64,000 bases of DNA from Candidatus Acidiferrum sp. (lineage in GTDB: Bacteria; Verrucomicrobiota; Verrucomicrobiia; Limisphaerales; UBA11358): the NCBI GenBank assembly GCA_035506715.1, contig DATJOW010000144.1, positions 4,560 to 68,559 on the forward strand, in the 5' to 3' direction. Positions within the stretch are counted from its first letter, which is position 1. Each line of letters starts with the position of its first letter. The notes beneath the pieces were generated by a model that saw only the letters and a list, made by a program, of their open reading frames with translations, searched no databases and was not told where the DNA came from. Positions 8,854 to 17,307 of the stretch are shown here, in pieces. The position numbers and the translations under genes were made by a program.

Positions 8854-9588
8854 ATGAAACCACGTCGCTTCCTCTTCACTTGCGCCATTGCCGCAACGTT
8901 GGCTGTCACGGCTTATGCCGAAAACACCGCCATCGTTCCCGTGCCGCGGACCACCGTGCCGACCAATTGGATGGCCATGCACGAATCCTTTGTCCAGCGG
9001 GCAAAACAGGGAAACGTTGACCTGCTGTTCCTGGGCGATTCCATCACCGCCGGCTGGCTGTGGGGCAACGGCGGATTGAACATCTGGAAGAAAGTTTACG
9101 AGCGGCGCCATGCCGCCGATTTCGGCATCGGCTGGGACCGCACCCAGAACGTGCTCTGGCGCATCGAAAATGGCGAACTCGACGGCATCAAGCCCAAGGT
9201 CGTGGTGCTCCTCATCGGCACCAACAATTGCGGCAACGAAGACGACGGCAAGCCGCGCAACACCACGCCCGAAATCATTGAAGGCGTGACGACCATCGTC
9301 CACGAACTCCGCACCCGCCTGCCGGACAGCAAAATCCTGCTGTTCGGCATCTTTCCGCGCGGGGACAAGAGCGATCCGGTACGCGAGCAGGTCAAGGCGG
9401 TCAATGCCGGCCTTGCAAAGCTCGATGACGGCAAAATGGTGAAGTTTATGGACATCGGGTCGAAGTTGCTGCAACCAGACGGCACATTGTCACGCGACAT
9501 CATGCCTGATCTGTTGCATCCGAACGAGAAGGGTTATCAAATCTGGTCCGACGCCTTGGAGAGCCAGTTGGCGGAAATGCTTAAATAG
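8854..9588 (+). CDS. SGNH/GDSL-family esterase (acetylesterase-like), secreted
   Basis: ATG 8854 gives the signal peptide MKPRRFLFTCAIAATLAVTAYA. Block I is LFLGDSITAGW, followed by LLIGTNN and a C-terminal D..HPN (DLLHPNEKGY) catalytic block. Confidence 0.85.
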   Translation: MKPRRFLFTCAIAATLAVTAYAENTAIVPVPRTTVPTNWMAMHESFVQRAKQGNVDLLFLGDSITAGWLWGNGGLNIWKKVYERRHAADFGIGWDRTQNVLWRIENGELDGIKPKVVVLLIGTNNCGNEDDGKPRNTTPEIIEGVTTIVHELRTRLPDSKILLFGIFPRGDKSDPVREQVKAVNAGLAKLDDGKMVKFMDIGSKLLQPDGTLSRDIMPDLLHPNEKGYQIWSDALESQLAEMLK

Positions 9589-9612
9589 CCGCGTGGCGAA
9601 AGCTTTACGCGG

Positions 9613-9684
9613 CATCCGAACGAGAAGGGTTATCAAATCTGGTCCGATGCCCTGCAAGGCCAGATCGAACCGATGCTGAAATAA
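9613..9684 (+). pseudogene. Orphan 3'-end fragment of an SGNH esterase gene (HPNEKGYQIWSDALQGQIEPMLK*)
   Basis: Bases 9613-9647 are identical to 9517-9551 of the intact gene (35 nt). The remainder to its own TAA stop is in frame but diverged. There is no upstream coding sequence. Confidence 0.7.
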
Positions 9685-9698
9685 TCCGGTTTTATTTT

Positions 9699-9723
9699 AC
9701 AGAAGGAAACGAAGGAAACGGAG
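9699..9723. repeat. Left inverted repeat flanking the GxxExxY gene
   Basis: ACAGAAGGAAACGAAGGAAACGGAG matches the reverse complement of 10221-10245 at 22 of 25 positions by eye. Confidence 0.7.
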
Positions 9724-9764
9724 GCTGAAAATTCTGACGGTTACGTTTCCTTTTTGCTGACCTT

Positions 9765-10166
9765 TCACAGGTTGGCGCCGGGCAGGATCATCCGGTGAAT
9801 ACCGTCGGTCAGTTTCAACTCATGGAAATTGATGAGCAACCCCAGTGGTATATCGAGCAGTTTCATATAACTGAGCAATTGTGCCTGATGGACGGGCAAG
9901 ACCTCCTGTACCGACTTTAATTCCAGCAACAGGCATTCCTCGACCAATACGTCGAAGCGCAACGGCTCCTCAAACACAAAACCCTTGTATGCGATTTTGA
10001 CAACGCGCTGATTCGTTGCCTGGAGTTTTCGGAGGTTGAGTTCCCGCAGAAGGCACTTTTCGTAGATGCTCTCAATCAACCCCGGTCCCTTCAACCGGTG
10101 GACCTCGATAGCTGCCCCGATGACGGTCCGGCTTAATTCATCTGCTTTTGGAAATAGCGCATGCAT
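9765..10166 (-). CDS. GxxExxY protein (PD-(D/E)XK nuclease-like superfamily)
   Basis: MHALFPKADELSRTVIGAAIEVHRLKGPGLIESIYEKCLLREL... contains the G..E..Y signature (GLIESIY) and the DVLVEECLLLELKS core typical of the family. ATG 10166 is preferred over the ORF start at 10193. Confidence 0.8.
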   Translation of the reverse strand: MHALFPKADELSRTVIGAAIEVHRLKGPGLIESIYEKCLLRELNLRKLQATNQRVVKIAYKGFVFEEPLRFDVLVEECLLLELKSVQEVLPVHQAQLLSYMKLLDIPLGLLINFHELKLTDGIHRMILPGANL

Positions 10167-10220
10167 GGCAGCCTTTCTACAAACGAAAGCCAAAAGAGCA
10201 AAGTATGAAATCTTTCGGGT

Positions 10221-10245
10221 CTTCGTTTCCTTCGTTCTCTTCTGT
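10221..10245. repeat. Right inverted repeat flanking the GxxExxY gene
   Basis: CTTCGTTTCCTTCGTTCTCTTCTGT is the inverted partner of 9699-9723. Confidence 0.7.
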
Positions 10246-10262
10246 GAAGAATTTACCCGTCG

Positions 10263-10568
10263 TCAAAATTGGGCCGCCAATTTCAAGGCACCAACCGCAA
10301 GCGCAATCCACACGAAAAAAGCGATGCCGAATTTGACCTTGAAGGACAGCTTGGCCGACTTGTGCCGGAACACGACTATCCCAATCAACCCACCCGGCCA
10401 GCCACCGAAAGCACTCGTTAGCAGGAGCGTAGATTCCGAGATGCGCCGGGCGCCGGTCCGCCCAGCCCGCCACTTGTCAAAGCCGAACAGGAGAAAGGAC
10501 CAGAGGCTCGTGCCGCCGACCCACGCCAGCAGGAAAAGGTGCCCGTTGTGTAAATTCAGTTTGTCCAT
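10263..10568 (-). CDS. DUF1294-like small membrane protein
   Basis: ATG 10568 gives MDKLNLHNGHLFLLAWVGGTSLWSFLLFGFDKWRAGR...RISESTLLLTSAFGGWPGGLIG...FRHKS.K..F, which matches the DUF1294 pattern as I recall it. The upstream 83 codons of the ORF look non-coding and repeat-derived. Confidence 0.7.
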   Translation of the reverse strand: MDKLNLHNGHLFLLAWVGGTSLWSFLLFGFDKWRAGRTGARRISESTLLLTSAFGGWPGGLIGIVVFRHKSAKLSFKVKFGIAFFVWIALAVGALKLAAQF

Positions 10569-11024
10569 CAATTGAACGTCAGCGGCTGGCCGCGCCCAAA
10601 CCGGGTTGTTTTGAGAGCCTGTCGGAAAATGTGAAACGGGCGGCAGGATGCCGCCTGAACCCGCTGGCGGGAAGCCGGCGCTACGCGGTAGCGCCGCCAT
10701 CCCGGCTGCGGGTTCTCGGAGCTTCCCAGCTTCGTGTTCCGAACAGGAGTTTCCCAACGGCCTCCAAGAACATGCGACGATGCGTTGTCGTAACGGTGTG
10801 GGCAGAGTGAAAGACATTTGCTCGAACTTGTCAGCCCAAAACGTTGGACCGGACCAACAAAAGGAGACCTTTGAAAAAGGTGTAGCGTCGAGGCTGTGCC
10901 TCGATCAATTGTCCCGCAAACCCAATGTTTCCGGCCACAGGCCGGACTCTGCATCGCTTCCAAAACCAGTTTTTCAGAGGTCTCAGAAGGAAGCGAAACC
11001 GACGGAGCGAAGCCTGGGCGGTTC

Positions 11025-11522
11025 CTAGAAACTGAACCGGGCCTTGAGGTACGCGCAACCGGGTTGTTCCAGTTCCATCACGCTGATCCCGAAATCGGAG
11101 TCCAGCTGACAGAATTTGCCGTAGCCGGCTTCAACATGGCCCAGGAAATTTGTCCACCCATCGCCAGCCGATTTTTTGTCAATTAACCGCAATCCGTCGA
11201 ACCGACGGTACCAACTCTGACCGGCGAGCGAAGCTTCGAAGCAAACAGTCATCATCCCCGGAGAATCCGGTTGTATGACCCTTGCTTGGTAGCGGAGCAG
11301 GGGAACCGAGAAGTGGCTCAACGCGTGGATCGCAGAGTTGTAACCGGTCCTGCTAAATGCCTGTGCCGGCCATGGTTCATAATTGCGTGATGCCTGAGTT
11401 GATACGGATTCCTGCCCCAGCAACGGAGTTGTGACCGAAGCCAGCAGCAGAACGAGGAGACGAAAAGCTTTCCCGGCTCCGGACTGGAGCCGCGACGGGC
11501 TGGAATGTTCGGTTCTCAGCAC
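11025..11522 (-). CDS. Hypothetical secreted protein
   Basis: ORF 11025..11630. The in-frame GTG at 11522 would give M-LRTEHSSPSRLQSGAGKAFRLLVLLLASVTTPLLGQE, which is signal-peptide-like. I recognise no family. Confidence 0.4.
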   Translation of the reverse strand: MLRTEHSSPSRLQSGAGKAFRLLVLLLASVTTPLLGQESVSTQASRNYEPWPAQAFSRTGYNSAIHALSHFSVPLLRYQARVIQPDSPGMMTVCFEASLAGQSWYRRFDGLRLIDKKSAGDGWTNFLGHVEAGYGKFCQLDSDFGISVMELEQPGCAYLKARFSF

Positions 11523-11877
11523 GGCAGACTCCCAGCGGATTGCGTACCAGTTTTGGGGCCGCCCGGAACCTGCGGTTTTGGACCCTTTATCGGTTCCCTG
11601 TCCCAAAATGCAACTGTCTTGGCACAACACCTTTTCCGTGAAGCCCCGACGGCTGCTGAACCTGTCATCCAGCCGGGCGCACGCCCACCCTCCCGGCCTC
11701 GCGCTGAATTCGGATGGCTTGTCACCAAAATAGATGACTCAAATCTGCTCGAAAATCGGGGTGCCGATTGGCAATATCCTCACGTGCACGTAACCCCAAA
11801 CCTCAAGAGAATTTCCCTGCGTCACGCCCGGCTTCCCGCCGGCGGCCAAGTCCGGACGCGATAACCAAAATCCTCCC

Positions 11878-13710
11878 GTGAGACCATTTGCGTTCTGCTC
11901 CATCACGCTCCTCGCTTTGCTCGCCTGCGCCGCCGTCGCGGCAGAGACGGGATTCAGCGATTTCATCACGCGGCGCGGCGACCAGTTGATGGATGGCGAC
12001 CAGCCGTTCCGATTCATGTCCTGGAACCTGCCCAACCTCCAGTTGATCGAGGACAACATGGTCTTTTCGGAAACCAACGCTTGGCGGTGGCCCGAGGAAT
12101 TTGAAGTGCGGGACGGGCTGATGACGATGCGCCAAATGGGCGGCACGGTGGTCCGCATCTATTCGCTGGCCGTCATCCGCACCAACGACGACCCGGCCAT
12201 GCCCGGCCACGTGCTGGGGCCGAACCAGTTCAACGAGGAGGCGTTTCGCGAGCTGGACCTGGTCCTCAAGGTGGCCAACGAACAGGGCATCCGGCTCATC
12301 ATTCCGCTGGTGAACAATTGGAAATGGATGGGCGGCCGCGGCGAGTACGCCGGGTTCCGCGGCAAATCCAAGGACGAATTCTGGACCGACCCGCAGCTCA
12401 TCGCCGATTTCAAGGACACCATCCGGTACGTCCTGACGCGCACCAACACGCTGACCGGCGTGCGCTATTGCGACGACAAATCCATCCTGTGCTGGGAGAC
12501 CGGCAACGAATTGTTTTCGCCCGTTCCTTGGACGCGCGAAATCGCCGCCTACTTCAAGAGCGTGGACACCAATCACCTGGTCATGGACGGCTTTAACGCC
12601 GCGGTGTTGCGGCCCGAATCGTTCACCATCCCGGAGGTCGACATCGTCACGACGCACCATTATCCGAGCTCGCGGATGCCCAAGTCCTTCGCCCAGTTGA
12701 TCCGGGAAAATTGGGCGAAAGCTAAGGGGAAGAAGGCCTACGTTGTCGGCGAATTCGGTTTTGTCAGCACCTCGCAGATGGAAGAAGCCATGAAGACCAT
12801 CGTGGACACCGGCATGTCGGGTGGCCTGCTCTGGAGCATCCGGTTCCGCAACCGGGACGGCGGCTTTTACTGGCACAGCGAGCCGGACGGCGCCGATCTC
12901 TACAAGGCGTTTCACTGGCCCGGCTCGGCCATCGGCACGGCGTACGACGAGACCAATCTCCTGGCGATGGTCCGCCGGTATGCCTATGCCATTCAGGGCG
13001 AAAACCCGCCGCCCCTCCCGGTGCCGGCCCCGCCGGGCCTGCTGTCCATCACCAACCCGGCGGCGATCAGCTGGCGGGGCTCCGTGGGCGCCGTGGATTA
13101 CACAGTCGAGCGCGCGCCGAAGGCCACCGGCCCCTGGCAGACGATCGCCCGGGGCGTTGATGAGAGCTTTGTCCAATACCGCCCGCTGTTTGCCGACGAG
13201 ACGGTGCCGGCCGGCGACTGGTATTATCGCGTGCGCGCCAACAACGCAGCAGGCGTCTCCGGGCCTTCCAATGTCGTCGGGCCGGTCAAAGCCACGCACG
13301 CCACGCTGGTGGATGAGTTGGCCGATTTCTCAAAGGTTTACGCCCGGGAAGGCGGAGTCACCAACACCATGCGCGGCGCGCGCCAGGCGAAGGAAGACGC
13401 GCATCGCGCCGCCGGGCGCGCCGGAGACGTCCTGGTATACCGCGTGCCGTCAAAAATTGAAGGCTTTCGCGTGTTTGCCTTCTTCCCGAAGGCCGTGGCG
13501 GACCTGAAGTTTTCCGTCTCGACCGACGGGAAAAATTACCACCCGGTAACGGCCAGCCGGCAGAATTATTTTGCCGGCGCCAGCGATTATAATTACTGGC
13601 AGCCGGTGCAGTATCAGGCGGAGGGCCTCAGCGAGGGAACGTTTTTGAAAATCGAGCTGACCGGTGAAACTCAGATTGGCCGGGTGGAAATTGACCGGGC
13701 TTTGAACTAG
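11878..13710 (+). CDS. GH5 endo-beta-mannanase-like glycoside hydrolase with a C-terminal FN3-like module
   Basis: Signal peptide MRPFAFCSITLLALLACAAVAA. GH5 acid/base motif WETGNEL and nucleophile region YVVGEFG. The mannanase-like segment RLIIPLVNNWKWMGG is present. The FN3-like tail contains DWYYRVRANN. Confidence 0.8.
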   Translation: MRPFAFCSITLLALLACAAVAAETGFSDFITRRGDQLMDGDQPFRFMSWNLPNLQLIEDNMVFSETNAWRWPEEFEVRDGLMTMRQMGGTVVRIYSLAVIRTNDDPAMPGHVLGPNQFNEEAFRELDLVLKVANEQGIRLIIPLVNNWKWMGGRGEYAGFRGKSKDEFWTDPQLIADFKDTIRYVLTRTNTLTGVRYCDDKSILCWETGNELFSPVPWTREIAAYFKSVDTNHLVMDGFNAAVLRPESFTIPEVDIVTTHHYPSSRMPKSFAQLIRENWAKAKGKKAYVVGEFGFVSTSQMEEAMKTIVDTGMSGGLLWSIRFRNRDGGFYWHSEPDGADLYKAFHWPGSAIGTAYDETNLLAMVRRYAYAIQGENPPPLPVPAPPGLLSITNPAAISWRGSVGAVDYTVERAPKATGPWQTIARGVDESFVQYRPLFADETVPAGDWYYRVRANNAAGVSGPSNVVGPVKATHATLVDELADFSKVYAREGGVTNTMRGARQAKEDAHRAAGRAGDVLVYRVPSKIEGFRVFAFFPKAVADLKFSVSTDGKNYHPVTASRQNYFAGASDYNYWQPVQYQAEGLSEGTFLKIELTGETQIGRVEIDRALN

Positions 13711-13734
13711 AACGGTCGCCGGCCAGGAATTCGC

Positions 13735-14967
13735 ATGAACCGAACCGACTTGACGCAGTTTTCGGAACGCATCAGCAAACAATTATACGGGAACATCCTG
13801 CCGTTCTGGTGCGGTCCGGCCATGGACCGCAAGCAGGGCGGCTGGATGGCGTGGCTGTCCAACGATCTTAAACCCGATCGCACCCAGCCCAAGGGACTCA
13901 TCGTCAATGCCCGCATCCTGTGGGTCTTCTCCGCCGTGCACCAGGTCCGGCCGGAGCCCTTGTACCGGCAGATGGCGGATCGCGCGTTTGAGTTCGTCAC
14001 GCAGCGGTTCTGGGATCCGCAATGGGGCGGCGCGTTCTGGCGCCTCGACGATACCGGCCGGGTGCTGGACGATTCCAAGAAAATCTACGGCCAGGCGTTT
14101 TGCATTTATGCCCTGGCGGAATATTACCGGGCTTTTCAAGCGCCGCCGGCCAAGGCGCGCGCCCTCGAGCTTTTCGAGTTGATCGAGCGGCACGCCCACG
14201 ACGACCCATTCGGCGGGTACCTTGAGGTGCGGCGGCGCGACTGGTCGGAGGCGGACGCCAGCGCGCGGCTCAGCGACAAGGACATGAACGAGAAGAAATC
14301 GATGAACAATCATCTTCACGTTCTGGAGGCGTACACCAACCTCTGCCGGGTGTGGCGGGAACCGCGGGTGGAGGAGCGCCTGCGCGAACTCATCCACTTG
14401 TTCGAACGGCATATCCTCGACGGCCGCACCCTGCATCTCCATCACTTTTTTGACGAGCAATGGCGGGTCCGCTCGGACACTTACACCTTCGGCCACGACA
14501 TCGAGGCCACCTGGCTGCTGTGCGAGGCGGCCGAAGTGCTGGGCGATGCTGTCCTGCTCCAGCGCGTGCAGGACTTGGCCGTCCGCATGGCGGAAGTGGT
14601 GCTGCACGAGAGCATTGATAGCGACGGCGCACTGCGCTACGAGGGCAAGGACGGAAAAATCATCGATGCCGGCAAGGAATGCTGGCCGCAGGCCGAGGCA
14701 GTCATCGGTTTCCTCAATGCGTATCAGCTTGCCGGCGACGAGAAATATTATCGGGCTTCGCTGCGGGCTTACGATTTCATCGAACAGAAGCTGGTGGACC
14801 GGGTTCACGGTGAGTGGTTCTGGCGCATCACGCCGGAAGGGCAGGTGGATCCGGCGTTGCCGAAGGTCAGCGAATGGAAAGGGCCGTATCACGGGTCGCG
14901 CATGTGCCTGGAGACGCTTCACCGGTTGCACGCCCTCGCCGAAAAGAAAGAGACGGTCAAAGTATGA
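13735..14967 (+). CDS. N-acylglucosamine 2-epimerase (AGE) family; probable cellobiose/mannobiose 2-epimerase
   Basis: 410 aa alpha/alpha-barrel pattern: LPFW, KGLIVNARILWVFSA, KKIYGQAFCIYALAEYY, NNHLHVLEAYTNL, GHDIEATWLL, ECWPQAEAVIGFLNAY, EWFWRI, KGPYHGSRMCLE. Confidence 0.8.
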   Translation: MNRTDLTQFSERISKQLYGNILPFWCGPAMDRKQGGWMAWLSNDLKPDRTQPKGLIVNARILWVFSAVHQVRPEPLYRQMADRAFEFVTQRFWDPQWGGAFWRLDDTGRVLDDSKKIYGQAFCIYALAEYYRAFQAPPAKARALELFELIERHAHDDPFGGYLEVRRRDWSEADASARLSDKDMNEKKSMNNHLHVLEAYTNLCRVWREPRVEERLRELIHLFERHILDGRTLHLHHFFDEQWRVRSDTYTFGHDIEATWLLCEAAEVLGDAVLLQRVQDLAVRMAEVVLHESIDSDGALRYEGKDGKIIDAGKECWPQAEAVIGFLNAYQLAGDEKYYRASLRAYDFIEQKLVDRVHGEWFWRITPEGQVDPALPKVSEWKGPYHGSRMCLETLHRLHALAEKKETVKV

Positions 14968-15983
14968 AACGAATCTTCTTAATTGTGTTGTGCAGCCTTT
15001 TGACCTGCGCGGCGGCTTCGGCGCAACTCAGCCGGGTCAGCGTCAAAGGCAACCAGTTCGTTACGGCCGACGGCCAGCCCATGATTTTCCGCGGGCTGGA
15101 CACGGCGGACCCCGACAAGCTCGAGCGCAACGGCCAATGGAACAGGCATTTTTTCGAGGCGGCCAAGGAATGGGGCGCCAACGTCGTCCGCATCCCGGTG
15201 CACCCGGCGGCCTGGCGCATCCACGGCCGGGAGAATTACCTGAAGCTGCTCGACCAGGGCGTCCAGTGGGCGCAGGAGCTGGGGCTGTATGTCATCATTG
15301 ACTGGCACAGCATCGGTAACCTCTATGGCGGAAAGTTCTTTCCCGCCACGTCGGAGCTGTATCCGCCCGACGGGTACAATACCACCCGGGAAGAGACGTT
15401 CGATTTCTGGCGGACGATGGCCCGGCACTATCGCGGCAACAACACCGTCGCCGGCTTCGAGCTGTTCAACGAGCCAACGGTGAACGGCCCGAGCCTGGGG
15501 ACCTGCACCTGGGCGCAATGGAAAGGGTTGCTCGAGGAAGTCATTCAGGCCATCCGCGCCGAGGGCGGCACGGCGGTTCCGCTCGTGGCCGGATTCAATT
15601 TTGGCTACGACCTGACGCCGGTGGCCGGGGCTCCGCTCAATGCCGAGGGCGTCGGCTATGTCGCCCATCCGTATCCCATGAAGGCGAAGAAGCCCTGGGA
15701 CAAAAACTGGACCCACGATTGGGGTTTTGTCGCCGACAAATATCCGGTCATCCTGACCGAGATCGGGTTTCTGGAGCCGGAAGCGCCGGGTGGCTACAAC
15801 CCGATTATCGGCGATGAAAGCTACGGTGACGCCATCACCGCCTATTGCGCCCGGCACGGCATCTCCTACGCGGTCTGGTGTTTTGATCCGCATTGGGGCC
15901 CCTGCCTGATCAAGGATTGGAATTTCACGCCCACCCGCTCGGGCGCCTATTTCAAAAAGGCCATGCAAGCCAAACAACCGTGA
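14964..15983 (+). CDS. GH5 glycoside hydrolase (cellulase/mannanase family), secreted
   Basis: ATG 14964 overlaps the upstream stop (ATGA) and gives the signal peptide MKRIFLIVLCSLLTCAAASAQ. Motifs: NVVRIPVH, VIIDWHS, FELFNEP (acid/base), ILTEIG (nucleophile). Confidence 0.85.
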   Translation: MKRIFLIVLCSLLTCAAASAQLSRVSVKGNQFVTADGQPMIFRGLDTADPDKLERNGQWNRHFFEAAKEWGANVVRIPVHPAAWRIHGRENYLKLLDQGVQWAQELGLYVIIDWHSIGNLYGGKFFPATSELYPPDGYNTTREETFDFWRTMARHYRGNNTVAGFELFNEPTVNGPSLGTCTWAQWKGLLEEVIQAIRAEGGTAVPLVAGFNFGYDLTPVAGAPLNAEGVGYVAHPYPMKAKKPWDKNWTHDWGFVADKYPVILTEIGFLEPEAPGGYNPIIGDESYGDAITAYCARHGISYAVWCFDPHWGPCLIKDWNFTPTRSGAYFKKAMQAKQP

Positions 15984-15999
15984 ACTGAACCCCCGAACC

Positions 16000-17202
16000 A
16001 TGAAACGAATCCTGTTTGTCATTCTCGGTGCCGCCAGTCTGAGCGCATCGGCCCAAAAATTCGAGCCACTGGCGCTGACACCGCCGATGGGCTGGAACAG
16101 CTGGAACAAATTCGCCTGCAATGTCAGCGAACAACTCATCCGCGAAACGGCGGACGCCATGGCGACCAACGGCATGAAGGACGCCGGCTATCAGTACATC
16201 AACATTGACGATTGCTGGCAGGGCGAACGCGACCCGCAGGGATTCATCCAGCCCGACCCAAAACGATTTCCGTCCGGTATGAAGGCACTGGCTGACTATG
16301 TCCATTCCAAAGGACTGAAGCTCGGCATCTATTCCGATGCGGGAGCCAAGACCTGTGGCGGCCACGCGGGCAGCCGCGGTCACGAATACCAGGATGCGCA
16401 AACTTACGCGCAGTGGGGTGTCGATTACCTGAAATATGACTGGTGCGGCTGCGAAGATTTGAACCCCAAGGGCGCCTACACCACCATGCGGGACGCTTTG
16501 TACGCCGCCGGCCGGCCAATGGTCTTCAGCATTTGCGAGTGGGGGAACGGCAAACCTTGGGAATGGGCGCCGAAAATCGGCCATCTGTGGCGCACCACCG
16601 GCGATATTTATCCGTGCTTCGACTGCAAACAGGACCACGGCACCTGGTATTCCTGGGGCATCCTGCAAATTCTCGATATGCAAAAGGGCCTGCGCGAAGC
16701 GGCCGGGCCGGGCCATTGGAATGATCCCGACATGCTGGAGGTCGGCAACGGCATGTCGGTGAACGAGGACCGCGCGCACTTCTCGCTGTGGTGCATGCTG
16801 GCCGCCCCGTTGATTGCGGGCAACGACCTCCGGCAAATGCCCCCGGCAGTTTCCGCCATCCTCACCGATCGGGACGTGATTGCGGTGGACCAGGACAAGC
16901 TGGGCATCGAAGGCTTCCTCTATTCGGCCCAGGGGGGCGTCGAAGTCTGGTTCAAACCGCTTGTTGACGGGGCCTGGGCCATGTGCGTGCTCAATCGCAC
17001 CGGTCGGCCGCAGAAATTTTTCTTCGATTGGAAGAATGAGGCCGTCGTGGACAATTTTGCCAAGCGCGAGGCCAAGTTTGATGCGGCCACTTACAGCGTC
17101 CGCGACCTTTGGTCCAAGAAAAGCCTCGGGACGACGAAAGAGCCGTTGAATGCCGAGGTGCCAAGCCACGACGTCTTGATGATGCGGCTCGACAAGATTT
17201 AA
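16000..17202 (+). CDS. Alpha-galactosidase, GH27
   Basis: Signal peptide followed by TPPMGWNSWNKFACNVSE...GYQYINIDDCW, LKYDWC and PGHWNDPDMLEVGN, which are classical GH27 motifs. Confidence 0.9.
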   Translation: MKRILFVILGAASLSASAQKFEPLALTPPMGWNSWNKFACNVSEQLIRETADAMATNGMKDAGYQYINIDDCWQGERDPQGFIQPDPKRFPSGMKALADYVHSKGLKLGIYSDAGAKTCGGHAGSRGHEYQDAQTYAQWGVDYLKYDWCGCEDLNPKGAYTTMRDALYAAGRPMVFSICEWGNGKPWEWAPKIGHLWRTTGDIYPCFDCKQDHGTWYSWGILQILDMQKGLREAAGPGHWNDPDMLEVGNGMSVNEDRAHFSLWCMLAAPLIAGNDLRQMPPAVSAILTDRDVIAVDQDKLGIEGFLYSAQGGVEVWFKPLVDGAWAMCVLNRTGRPQKFFFDWKNEAVVDNFAKREAKFDAATYSVRDLWSKKSLGTTKEPLNAEVPSHDVLMMRLDKI

Positions 17203-17261
17203 GCCAGACGGCGGCGCGCCATGACTTTGCAGGCGCCGAGGTTACGAGGCACAAATCTCCG

Positions 17262-17279
17262 CGACGCCTCCTGGCGTCG
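17262..17279. terminator. GC hairpin between convergent GH27 and GH2 genes
   Basis: CGACGCC-tcct-GGCGTCG has a 7-bp perfect stem. It is the same GACGCC/GGCGTC type as the hairpin at 7040-7060. Confidence 0.35.
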
Positions 17280-17307
17280 GGAGCTACTCACACCGCCAGG
17301 TTCGGCG

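Noticed and set aside
10066-10963. Track ORFs 10066..10575(+), 10568..10963(-), 10648..11028(+) and 10896..11186(+), considered as genes filling the gap at 10.2-11.2 kb.
   Set aside because: They mutually overlap in different frames. Their translations are repeat-like (e.g. ...PPEPAGGKPALRGSAAIPAAGS...), they coincide with the mini-hairpins, and they have no recognisable domains.
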